Assembly: GCF_027921745.1 (NCBI RefSeq)
Contig: NC_079240.1
Span: 1,736,001 to 1,800,000 of the forward strand
Direction of reading: 5' to 3'
DNA length: 64,000 bases
Source: Schizosaccharomyces osmophilus
Taxonomy: Eukaryota
The position numbers and the translations under genes were made by a program. The notes beneath the pieces were generated by a model. That model made no database searches. It saw only the letters and a program-made list of their open reading frames with translations, and had not been told where the DNA came from. This document shows, one piece after another, positions 35,034 to 48,000 of the stretch (positions within the stretch are counted from its first letter, which is position 1; the number at the start of each line of letters is the position of its first letter).

Positions 35034-36090
35034 TCACATAAAACTTGCTTTCACGAAGTAACTAGAAAAAAAGGAATTAGTGTTTGCAACAAAGAAATAA
35101 TAAATCAAACATACCCTTTTCTGTGAATGACGGATGTTTTTCTAGAGAGAATTGTATATCGTACAACCCAATCCGCATGAGCCCGTGCTGGTAAATTAGG
35201 ACAGGCATGGCGTATGGCTTCCGTGATTTCGTTTTCATCAATGAATATTGGGGGATCAGAATGAAAGAAAATTTTTAAACGCTTCTGTTCCGCGTACTTT
35301 GCCAAGTCCAAGGGAAGCTTACATTCACCTCCATTATTGATTTGAGTAGATTCGGGTGAGATCTCTACATTAGGAATCAGTTTCTCCAACTCTGGGACAC
35401 CAAATTCACTGATACCTAAAGTCCCTACTTTTCCCTGACGGACTTTTCCTTCCAGGATTTTCCAAGTATCGATCCAAGATTGAATCTCTTCTTCAGGAAC
35501 CTCGTCTATGGAAGAATATACTCGCGAATCCGGAGTAACCTTTAACCCTTCTTTCGAAAATACTACATGGGGAAAAGAAGCAACCAGTGTCGAAACATTG
35601 TTGATCCCTAGCAACTGATTTAAATACAAGAATACTTGATCAGTGGTCCCACGTCTGCCGTCAAGACTATCATTTTTTCCATCCAAAAAGAACAGCTTCA
35701 CTAATATACTTCATTAGATTGAATATTCAACTCTCGTCGTCATTTCTTGTATCAAACATACCAATTATTTCATAGTCATCGGCTTTCCCATCCAGATGTT
35801 GAAGGGGATCATTTGGAGCAACAAAAATTTTAGTGTGAGCGTCTACCATGTCTCCAGCGTTATTAAGTTCTTGTAAGCTGCCATTTTCCAATGCCTTGAT
35901 CAACTATTTAAAACTTTAGTAAACCCTCAATTGTCAAACTTTTGCAAACCGTATATTTGTACACAAAAGTTTAAATCCTTCTTACCTCTAGATTTGATAC
36001 CGAACGAGAAGCGTTCCAAATTCCCGACTTTAAATTCTTAGTCACATCTCCAGTGCATAAAAGAAATTGCTTGACGTCTGAACATCCCAT
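35034..36090 (-). CDS. gcs2: Glutamate-cysteine ligase modifier (regulatory) subunit; exons 36090-35986, 35903-35762, 35700-35115, 35061-35034
   Basis: Aldo-keto-reductase-like GCLM motifs LCTGDV, VKLFFL, W..LE...G....LGISEF, HSDP, WVVRYT......VI..KGYFV. Three GT-AG introns reconstruct the frame. Confidence 0.85.
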
Positions 36091-36694
36091 TTCTGTTTTT
36101 CAATGTACAATAGTTTCTTTTAATGAAATAAAAAGGAACCAATTGTGTAATAAATATAGTTCTCTTGTTGTTCTTCCTCAATGAATTCCAAAAAACAACA
36201 GATTTCCGAGTTTTTTTATAAACTACAGTAATGTCCGTATCCAAATGTTTAGGAACGTTAGAAAAGCCAAAAAAACAATAAAAAGAAAACTTTCGAAAGT
36301 CTACAAAGCAGAAATGTACAATGAAGAAGTATGGAAACAGATGATGGGAATTGCTTAGTTATCTAACCAAAAAGAACGGCTTTCCTTCTTTAGAGCTTAG
36401 TCATTACTTACACTTTCTGAAATTTCTCATTCAATTTTGTTTTTTATTTTTAGTTTATTTCATGTATTTTTTCATTCTATCATTGAAAGATAAACTCTAC
36501 CGTAAATAAGTAGCTTTTGAGATTTAAATAGCATTTCTAGTTCTTATTGTAGTTTCGTAAAAAATAAGAGACTTGGAACGTAAGTCCTGGTCAAGCAAGG
36601 GCGTAAAGTTTTGATAAACCTAGAATCCTATGGTTCCAAAATCGAAGGCCGCTAAGGTATTCACGAAACCCAAAGAAATATTTAGCATCTTCTA

Positions 36695-38826
36695 TTATTC
36701 AAATATGGAAGGTTCAACTTCCATTACAACTGCTTCTTCTTCGAGGAAATTCATCCATCTTTGAAAAAAGTCGCTGGCCCACTTCACAGTATTTCCGTCT
36801 CCAACAACACATAATTGTCGCTTTGGTCGGGTAATTGCGACATTCAATCGCTTCTTTTCGGCCAGAAAGCCAACTTCGCGGAAATCATTACTTCTGACCA
36901 GCGAAAAAATAATGGCTTCCTTTTCTCGTCCTTGCACTCGATCTACACTGCCCATTTCAACTTCAATTCCTCGAAGCTTCAACATGCTTCGGATTAAAGC
37001 AACCTGAGCATTATATGGCGTTACAATGGCCATATCCTCTTCCTTAAGTCCAGCACTCAGTAGCTCTGAAACATGATGGCACACGATTTGCGCTTCCCAC
37101 TTGTTACTTTTACTATCTTGGTACAAGGTAGTACCCATGTCTTTATCACCATCTTCCTGATAATTACCGTCCGTGTCATAGAAGTATATGGGCGCATCCG
37201 TCAACTCGGTTTCTTCAACATATGGTAAATCCATTAGCAAACGCTTCGCTACCGCAGGTGCCGGAATAAGCTTGCCCTCATAAAATGTATTAGAAGGAAA
37301 CCTGTTGATGAGCTCGTGCATTCGATATTGGATATTCAAAAAGCGTTTTACTTTGTCTCCTTGTATTTTCAACAAACGCTCAAACATAGAAAAATAAGGG
37401 TTTTTTGTTTGCAAATTCGGTGAGAGTTGCATATGGTCTCCTGCTAAAATCGCCTTTTTCGCTCCTAAGAGTGCAATCCAACATTGCGGCTCTAAAGCCT
37501 GTGAGGCTTCATCTATAATAACCACATCAAATTTTTCATTTCTTAATTGACGCGACCCGGCACCATGTAACGTGCAAAAGACAATATCACTTGTCCTCAA
37601 ACACTCTGAAACGTTTTGCGATTCATAACGCCTATAATCTTTTCGAAGCTCTCTCACATGTTTATATATTTCCCTTCTTTCTTTTCCACTCTTAGTTTTT
37701 CTGATTTTGTTGAGTTCAATGTCAATATCTTCGCTAATACCATTAATAACTTCTCCACAATTCCCACTTCTAGACAAAAAATCCAGAGAATGATTTAAAA
37801 CACTAGGCAAGAGTCGTGCAGGATGCCCTAACCGTACCATCGGTATTCCATATTGACTAATGCGGTCGACGATATTGTCAACAGACAAATTCGAGGCACC
37901 ACTGACCAAAACTCTTTTCCCTTTCTTTACAAGTTGACGAATAATTTCGACCAGTGTATGAGTTTTACCGGTTCCAGGTGGTCCATGAATAAGAGCTAAC
38001 TCCTGAACACCCAAAGAGAAACGAACTGCTTCTTTTTGACCATCATTAAGTTCGTTATTGAAAAAGTTTAGTTCGCTAATCATATCTTCTTCAAGAGAAG
38101 TATCGGCTTCCCTTTTTCCTGTCAATGTGTAAAATAATGGCATCCGATATTCGGGCAGGTTTTTCTTCCATTCAATCATGGTATCTTTCATTCGCTCATA
38201 AGTTGTGCGATTAGCGAGTTTTACTCTATTATATAATTGATTAGTCTTACCTGCCATCAGTACCAAAAAACTTACATTGACAAGCCCTCAGCTAATGAAG
38301 GAACATCCTCTTCCGAGTTGAGAGCAATTGAAATGCTTTTCTCTTGAACTCGTGTTATAACACCTTCGGTAGAAGGGTCAGTTCCTTTGTTTTTATCAAC
38401 AGATTTTGAAGCTCGAGTATCTGACTTCCCTCCTCCTTGGCTCAATCTCACCACATCTCCTGGAGAAAACGAATTCACGGGTAAGATATCTGAATTACTA
38501 AAAGCTGGATCTCTCTCTAATTCAATTACCCTATAATTTTCAAACACTTAGCTGCAATAAAATTTGGTAAACAATATTGCCTTACGTTTTTCCACCAAAA
38601 CCCGTTCGAATAGAACTTATACGAAGATTAACTAAAGCAATTCCATTCTTTTGGAGAGTCGGCAACGAGTACTTTTTCAATAGAGTCTCGGCTTCTTCAA
38701 TTTCAACCTTTTGGATTTCTTCGATAAAGTTGAGTTCTTTTTCGGAATACTCTTCAATCTTACATTGTTTGTTAATAAAACAATGTCATGTTTATGTTGT
38801 TATATTACCCATGCTTCCTCGGACAT
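36695..38826 (-). CDS. hcs1: Upf1-like SF1 helicase Hcs1/IGHMBP2; exons 38826-38809, 38758-38586, 38530-38276, 38225-36695
   Basis: RTGFGGK|TVIELERD, HGPPGTGKT, DEASQ, GDHMQL, QYRMH, QGREKE, RLNVAITR. Three short introns keep the frame. Confidence 0.9.
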
Positions 38827-39092
38827 GCTCCTTTCTTCAGTTTTCCAGTATTCCAAAACTTCTCAATCAGAGCACAAAATTTCAAGAGTTCTCTATGGAA
38901 TATATCTTTCACTGTCACGTTAAACTAACCAAATATTATGTTTCCAAGCAAGTACAGTTATTTTATACAAGTTTGCGGTCAAGTGGTGGTGACTACAAAT
39001 AACGAAATGGAAGGAAATTCAATTTTCAAATAAACGCCAGAGAATAGTAGCTGGTACAATTCAGCTTTTGCACTCTACCAACGCTCAAGGGG

Positions 39093-42000
39093 ATGGACGA
39101 GCTGATTGAGTGGGTTGTAATATACCCTCAAATTTTTGATATTTTAGAGCATATTAAATATGTTCCCACAACTCTTTTGCAGCGAATTCGCTTACATCGC
39201 TCTTGGTCAAAAGTAGACTACGATTTATGGTTTTTGTACGCGTCTGATGAAAAACGAAAGGGCTGTAAAATCGATTGCTATGGGCAATTGTACTCATATG
39301 ATGAGTTCCTTGTGCTTGAAGATCAAAGAATTGCCAAATTAAATGAGCTAGCTAAAACTCGCAGTTCTAGCGAGAACTCATACTTTTTACGACAATTGTT
39401 ATCAAATGCAAAAATAAATCATGTTCCGCTCGTTGAATTGGGTGGTGAGCTTTTCTTCCAGTTCAATGAACCTCTGCCCACCACTCTTGTGCAAACAGAA
39501 AGCGTTAAAGAAAATCTTAATCGTGTAAGTCCTTTTCTTGTAAGAAAGCAGCCTTTGCTCCTGGCTGGCCCAGAAGGCATGGGAAAGACATATTTTATAA
39601 CTCAAATTGCTGCCTTACTTGGACAAAGGATAGTTCGTATCCACCTTACGGACTCTACCGATCCTAAAATGCTAATAGGAACGTACACTTGCCCTCGTCC
39701 AGGTGAATTTGAATGGCAACCGGGTGTTTTAACCCAAGCTGTGAGACACGGAAAATGGCTTTTGTTAAGCAATATAGAAAAAGCACCTGCCGAGGTTTTA
39801 AGTATATTGTTGCCTTTGCTAGAAAAACGACAACTTGTAGTTCCCTCCCGAGGGGAAACTATTTATGCAGCAAATTCTTTCCAAGTTTTTGCAACGACTT
39901 CTTCAAACTCCACTATATTGGGACAAAGACTTTGGAAGACTATTGAGATGGTTTCTGCTCCTCATGAATGTATCGAAATTGTTTCAACAATATATCCAGA
40001 GCTTTCTTCCATTTCCCGTACCCTATTTTCTGTTTATAATGATATTTATGATCTCTTTTTAAATAGAACATTTCTTGCAGTTTCTAGGGTATATCGGCGG
40101 TTATGCCTCCGCGATTTTTACAAATTTATGAAGCGCGTTGCTTTTCTGTATAGACATTATCATGTGTCTGTTGATCATACAACAATCCCCCAAGAGCTTC
40201 AAGATGCTGTTTTTAAAGAAGCTATTGATGTATTCAGTGCTTTTATACCAAATAAACAGGGTATAGATAATGTCGTGCGTAACATTGCCATTGACTTAAA
40301 TGTATCACCTGAAAAAGCTGAGCATTTTTTCGAAACCATTCCTTCTTTCCATGATTCTGAGACTGCGGTCACGGTTGGCAGATCTAAATTGCCCAAAGTA
40401 TCTTCTAGTGGTTTCTCTAGTAGTAATCCATATGCTTTTACTTCTTCCTCTTTGTCATTGCTAGAAAAGATATCTGTTGCTGTTCAAACTAATGAACCTT
40501 TACTGCTTGTTGGTGAAACAGGTACGGGTAAAACAACTACCGTACAGCTTTTGGCTAATTTGTTGGGTCAAAGAGTCACTGTTATCAACATGTCCCAGCA
40601 AACAGAATCATCAGATATGCTTGGCGGTTATAAGCCCATAAACGTTACTACACTAGGCCTTCCTTTACATGAAGAATTCTTGAGTCTGTTTGAAACCACT
40701 TTTAGTGTAAAGAAAAACATGAAATTTTTAGCAGCAGCCTCTACTTCTGCCAGAAGATTTAGATGGAAAACCTGTTTAAAAATATGGAATGAGGCCTTAG
40801 CGCTATCTAAATCGCTTTTCTCCAGGACGCGGTCTCAGGAAAACCCTGTGAAGCGTCAAAAGAGATTGGCAAATCAACCAGCTTTAGAAAATCGTTGGAA
40901 AATGTTTAGAGAAGAAGTTGAACAATTTAGTAAAATGCTTGAAGGTGGCTCAAAAAGTTTTATGTTTTCTTTCGTTGAAGGTGCATTGGTTAAAGCTATA
41001 CGTTCAGGGCAATGGGTTTTGTTGGATGAGATAAATTTAGCATCCATGGAAACCTTAGAACCTATTGGGCAATTGTTAAATTCTTATGAACCTGGCATCT
41101 TACTAAGCGATCGTGGTGATGTTAATCCTGTTACACCTCACCCTAATTTCAGGTTATTTGGTTGTATGAATCCTTCAACGGACGTGGGCAAACGGGAGTT
41201 AGAAACTTCGCTTAGGTCCCGTTTTACAGAAATCTACGTTGAATCTCCTGATAGAAACCTTTCAGACTTATTATCAATCATAAGTAAATATATAGGAACT
41301 CTTTGTATTGGTGATGATTACGTTATTCGTGATATTGCCGAGTTATACCAGATTGCCAAACGCCTTTCTGTTGATGGTTCCCTAGTTGATGGTGCCGGAC
41401 AGAAGCCTCATTATACCATTCGTACATTGAGCAGAACACTATGCTATGTGGCAGAAATTGTACCTATTTATGGTCTTAGACGTTCCTTATATGAAGGTTT
41501 TTCTATGTCATTCTTAACTTTGCTTGATCAAAATAGTGAAAACATACTATACAAATTTATTGAACGCTATACGTTAGGAGAGATATCGGTTCAACAGAAG
41601 AATGCTATTCTTAGGCAAATTCCAAAACGACCGGACGTCGGTGATTATATCGCCTTCTGTCACTATTGGCTCAGAAAGGGTTCATTTCCTGTTAGAGATC
41701 AGGAACATTACATTGTAACTCCCTTCGTACAAAAAAATCTCCTAAATATTACTCGTGCTTGCTCGACTAGAATGTTTCCAATTTTAATACAGGGTCCTAC
41801 ATCTAGTGGTAAAACGAGCATGATCGAATACATAGCCGGTAAAACGGGTCATAAATTTGTGAGAATTAATAATCACGAACATACCGATCTTCAAGAGTAT
41901 CTCGGCTCATATGTAACGGATGACAAGGGTTCTTTGGTTTTCAGAGAAGGTATCCTCGTCGAAGCTCTTAGAAACGGTTACTGGATTGTACTTGACGAGC

Positions 42001-45000
42001 TGAACTTAGCTCCCACTGACGTTTTGGAGGCTTTGAACCGTCTTCTTGATGATAACCGTGAATTGTTCATTCCCGAAACGGAATCGCTCGTGAAACCACA
42101 TCCTGACTTTATGCTATTTGCAACCCAAAACCCGCCCGGTGTTTACGCTGGTCGTAAACACTTATCTCGCGCATTTCGAAATAGGTTTTTGGAAATTCAT
42201 TTTGACGATATTCCTGAAAATGAACTTGAAACTATTTTGCATATGCGTTGTAAAATAGCTCCGTCTTACGCTGCAAAAATTGTTCAAGTATTCCGTGAAC
42301 TTTCTCTTCGTCGCCAAAGTACCAGAATTTTTGAACAGAAAAATTCCTTTGCTACTCTTAGAGACTTGTTCCGCTGGGCTTTTCGTGATGCAGTAGGTTA
42401 TCAACAACTCGCTGAAAACGGATATATGCTCCTGGCAGAACGAGCACGCGATCCAAAAGATAAATTTGCAGTACAAGAGGTGATTGAGAAAGTGATGAAG
42501 ATCAAAATTAATACTGACAATCTGTATAATTTGGACTTTATAGACTCAATTAGGACTGATGCTAAAGTTGGTCCCCTTGATAATGTCATATGGACCGCGC
42601 CAATGATTCGGTTATTTTCCTTAGTTTGGCACTGCCTTCAAGCTAAGGAGCCTGTTTTACTAGTTGGTGATACCGGCTGCGGTAAAACCACTGTGTGTCA
42701 GGTTTTGGCTGAATGTCTCTCCAAACAATTACATATTGTCAACGCTCACCAAGATACAGAGAATGGCGATATTATTGGAGCTCAAAGACCTTTGCGTAAT
42801 CGATCTCTCATTAACAACACACTTCATATTCAACTTTCTGAGAAGTTTAATGTAGCTCAAGAGGATTACCCTGTTGAGGACTTGATCTCAAAATTTGACA
42901 GCCTTTCTCATTCAGAAAAAAATGATGACTTATCTGTTGTTATTGAAAAACACATAAAAAAGATTAACTCCTTATTTGAGTGGCACGATGGTGCCCTTGT
43001 TTCAGCAATGAAAGGTGGAGATTTTTTCTTGCTTGATGAAATTAGTCTTGCTGATGATTCTGTACTTGAAAGACTCAACAGTGTTCTTGAGATTTCGAGG
43101 ACATTAACATTAGTTGAACATAATGATGCTGCTGCTGTTTTAACTGCCGAGGATGGATTTGCATTTTTTGCGACCATGAATCCCGGAGGTGACTACGGAA
43201 AAAAGGAACTTTCTCCTGCTTTGAGAAATCGATTTACAGAAATTTGGGTACCTCCAATGACTTCGGTTGACGATATTCTTCAAATCGTAGAAGGGAAATT
43301 AATTCCTACCAAAAAACACCTTGGTGAACCATTAGTACAATACGCTCACTGGCACAGTAACGTCTACCAGAGTGGCAACATAATATCAATTAGAGATGTT
43401 TTATCGGCCGTTGATTTTATAAATTCTTCTGAGCTTAGTGACGATAAGGCCATATTATTCCATGCTGTTTCGATGGTATTTATTGACGCACTTGGTGCTA
43501 TATCCGCGGTTGGTTTTGGCAGAAATAGGAACTTACTTTTTGATGAGCGTAACAAATGTGCATCCAAATTGGGTGCACTTTGTGGAAGTGATTTTACATA
43601 CTCTGTTACCGAGAATTTAATGATAAGATTTACCGAATCTTCTTTCTATATTGGAGACTTCGATATCAAATTGGGATCTAACGTAAATCCTGACTCCACT
43701 TATAACCTCAGGACACACACTACCAAAGTTAACGCTGCTAAGGTGGTTCGTGCTCTGCAAGTTCGAAAGCCAATCCTTTTAGAAGGCAGCCCCGGTGTCG
43801 GCAAGACAAGTCTGATATCGGCTTTGGCCCGAGAGTGTGGTTATCCATTGGTTCGAATTAATCTCTCTGACCAAACTGATTTAATGGATCTTTTCGGCTC
43901 TGATGCACCTGTTAGTGGAGGTGAAGGTGGCCAGTTTGCTTGGCGTGATGCTCCGTTCTTATCTGCAATGCGTCATGGACATTGGGTTCTTCTTGATGAA
44001 TTGAATTTAGCTTCTCAAACAGTATTGGAAGGCTTAAATGCTTGTCTCGATCATCGTGGTGAAGCTTATATACCAGAACTGGACAGAGTATTCAAAGCGC
44101 ATCCAACTTTTAGAGTGTTTGCGGCACAGAATCCACAAAACCAAGGTGGTGGCAGAAAAGGACTTCCTAAATCTTTTGTTAACCGATTTACTGTAGTCTA
44201 TGTCGAGCCTTTGCTGCAAAGCGATATGCTTGAAATAGCTAGCCAAAACTATCGCCAAGTTGATGAAAACATGCGATTGCATATCATCGAGTTCATGTTC
44301 AAGCTTCAAGAGTATGTTGAGATTGATGCTTCGTTTGGAGTTAGTGGTAGCCCATGGGAGTTCAACTTACGTGACGCCATGCGTTGGTTACAGCTCTTAT
44401 CTGAAGCCGAAAAATATACATGTGTTTCTCCAGCTGAGTATTTGGAGGTTGTGGTATTGCATCGAATGCGAACAAATAATGATCGCCAACGCGTGATCAG
44501 GCTATTTGAAGAAGTGTTCGGTGTAAAATATGAACCACGCATAATTAGTTCTGAGCTAGATTCAAATGTCCTGAAAGTTGGCCATTCATTTCTGGAGAGA
44601 AGTTCACTCACTCAAGACACAGCTTTAGACGACACTAAGCTGTTGCAATCTCAATACGATGTGGTCGAGTCTATGATTACTTGCATAAACAAAAATTGGC
44701 CTTGTATTTTGGTAGGTCCTTCGGCTTCTGGTAAGACGTGCACTATTCGACTCCTTGCAGCTGTCTGTGGCGTAGATTTGAAGGAAATGGCAATTAATTC
44801 GGAAATTGACACCATGGATTTATTAGGTGAATATGAACAGGTTGATATTTCTAGAAAGATTTCTGCCTTCTTGTTGGACTTGTCCCATAATGTTCTAAAT
44901 CTTCTTATAGAGCACAGAGACCTTGAGGAAATACTTAAAGGGACATCACTTTTGAGAGTTTTACAAACCAGCTTTGTTACACTTGATGAAGGCCTCCATA

Positions 45001-48000
45001 CTTTGGAGTGGGTAATAGCCGAAATTCGATCTATTCGACATCATACCGCCATCTTTAAACACTTGCGACCATACTTCACTCTGGCAGGCAAGCTAATTAA
45101 AGAAGCGTCTGTGCCCGCAACAGGAAAATTTGAATGGATAGATGGCTATTTATTAAGAGCAGTCGAGAATGGTCACTGGTTGGTTCTCGATAACGCCAAT
45201 CTTTGCAGTCCCGCTGTGCTTGATCGTCTTAATTCTTTATTAGAATACGGCGGTACTCTGACTGTTAACGAAAGACCCACGGAATCCGGAATGCCAAAGG
45301 TCATAAAGCCTCATCCTAATTTCCGACTCTTTTTAACAGTGAACCCTTTTTATGGAGAGCTTTCAAGATCGATGAGGAATCGGGGTGTTGAAATTTATAT
45401 GTTGAACAATGGTCTAACGTCTTTGGATCATCGTCAACTTTCAGTGCTATTACCTTCCCCCATTTGCTCTGCCGTAGACGCGGGATCATCTAGCTTTTCT
45501 TTTGTCATTGACATTCATAGACGTCTAAATGAGTTTCCAACAACACTCGTATCACCATACGTAATAGCCGCTGTTGTCTTTAGCTATTTCTCGAATGATC
45601 AGTTGGATTGTCTAAAAAAACTTTCTGATGATAATAAGAAAACGCTCTCAATTGAGAAGTCACCTTATATACACGCGTTGGAACAAGCTGATTTTTCGAA
45701 TTGTCAAACTCCTAATGAGGTACTTACCTATATCAAAGCTTATGATTATCCGTTGTTATCAGCATCAATGAGCCTTGTTTCTATTATGAACGATTTCACA
45801 AATATCGCATCCTCAAATTGCGGGTCTGAAGTATTTTGGAAGGCTTATTTGTTGAACATTCTTTACGCTGCTCAATTCGACTTAAAGCATCTTAATCAAG
45901 AAGTTTATTCTTCCGTACAATCTGGCTCTATAAATACTTACGTTCTTAAAAGCGCATACGCATTCTTACATGGTGTCTCTTATTATAAAGGTGCTTTATC
46001 TTCAGTTTGGAAGCTTTTGAATGACCTAAGTGTTTACATTTACAATTCAATTGATAAATTACGTAAAGACAGTTCGTTAGCAAGTGTTGACGATCTTCAA
46101 AATTTTCTTAACTTAATTGCACTGTGGAAGAGCATGTATGAATGGACTGGTACTTTTGAGTTCGATTTCAGTAGGTTCCATTGCTATTCATTAATGCTTA
46201 AGGAATGGTCATCTAAGTTTGTCTCTGATCATAACTCAGAATATTTAGATGCCCCACATAATCTCATTAATAAATTTACTGAGGCGTTGCAGTTATCTAC
46301 TGGTGAACATATGCAAAATATTTGGTCCGAGTACCATCCGCTAGTACCCAAAACGAAGGAGCACTGGTCGTTATGGTCAAAAATTGACATTCTGTTAAAG
46401 GAATATTTGCGTGCAAATACTCCTTCTTTGGGCATGGAAGCTACAGCTTCTCATGTTGTTACTACGACTTTATCATTGCTTATGAAAGTGACTCAACAAC
46501 ATGAATCTCAGGATTTGCAGTCATATATGCAAATTTTGGAAGAAGGTGTAGTAGCACTTAAAAACTCTAAACAGGATCAGCTTCCTGAAGCATTTTATTC
46601 AACATTCAGTTGTTTGGCGGCCTCGGATCTATTAACAATATACACAGCCGATCTCAATAATTTCAGCGTTTCATCTGAAGCATTTACAAATTATGTGCGC
46701 GCTGCTCTGTATACGAGAGGCTCAATAAGTCCACTATCCGTCCTCACCAGTCTCAATTTTAATGCATCTCAAATTCCTTTTGCAATTCTTTTTGATTATG
46801 ATTTCTTTTCTTTAGTTAACGGAAAAACGTTCGATTTAATCACACGTGCCTTTGCTTCAATTGATGAACAACTGAATATGGCTTCTGTTAAAAGATACGA
46901 AGATATGCACCACACCCTAATGAGGCATATAACTGAACGTTCTAAGCACTTTACTGAAAATCCTTTAGAAAGAGCTAGTATCTTGCTGTTACAACGGATT
47001 CCGCTGCTCATAATTCCTGAAATCAAAGGTGATAGACTCTCTGCAGATGAGGAGAAAATAATAAGACCGTTGACATTACCATACGGAGAGTTGAAAGAGC
47101 AATCCGTTTTAATTGTGGATGATATTGTGTCCTACTTGGAAAGTAGTGCACGTTTCAAAACATCATACAAAAAGCATATTTTGAATGCATTAGGTTATTT
47201 GCGGCAGTCGTTGTCGACCGCTAATCATGAGAATGCCTGTAAGAATCAGGCTGCTGCTTACATCCATTTTGCGTATGGTTTGTTGCTTGCCTATGTTCCT
47301 GATAAGCCTTATGATCCAGCCCTTCTACCTTTATTATCTTCTGCAAATGGCAAGGGGGTCTTAAATTCGCTTTCTGGAGAGCTAGAAGTTGTAAAGATGA
47401 TGGAAGATAATAAGTCTGGCAAGGAAGAAAACCTACTCACCAAGTCAATTTCTTTGCGCATGGAGGAAATAAATAAGTCTATTCCGACTAGTACTGGTGT
47501 TTTCCGTTCTCTTGAAAGTAATAGTACCTCTTTGTTTGATGAATTGCGATTTTTGATGGATAACGTTGTGAATAACTCATACGCTCTCGATTTGTCATTA
47601 AAACTTATGCAAAACCCAGACAACTCGACGTTAGAGGAAGCTAAAATATTCAAATATAAATGGACTGCTTTCGTTGGAAGATTGCGTGAAGCATATTCTC
47701 AATATACTGATATATTCGAGATAGTTATTTCTTTGATTAGTTACATCATTTACGGTATTGATATGCTCGTCGCACAAGCTAGAAGGTTGCTGGACAATCG
47801 GGTCAGTGCATCCGCTTCTTTGATGTCTCACTTAGTTAGTCCTAAGAAATTATCAAAGCCGCTTTTGTTCGAAGATGTGCAGGATATTATACGGTTAACT
47901 TCTGACTTACAATTAAATGCAGCATTGAAATTTGAGGTTTTATTGTTCGCAACGGCGAAACTATGTAAGGAGAAGAATGACCTTCCTCAATCTTCGGCAG

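Noticed and set aside
38577..39002. 141-aa + strand ORF before mdn1
   Set aside because: Antisense shadow of hcs1 exons 1-2 and the divergent promoter; no motif.
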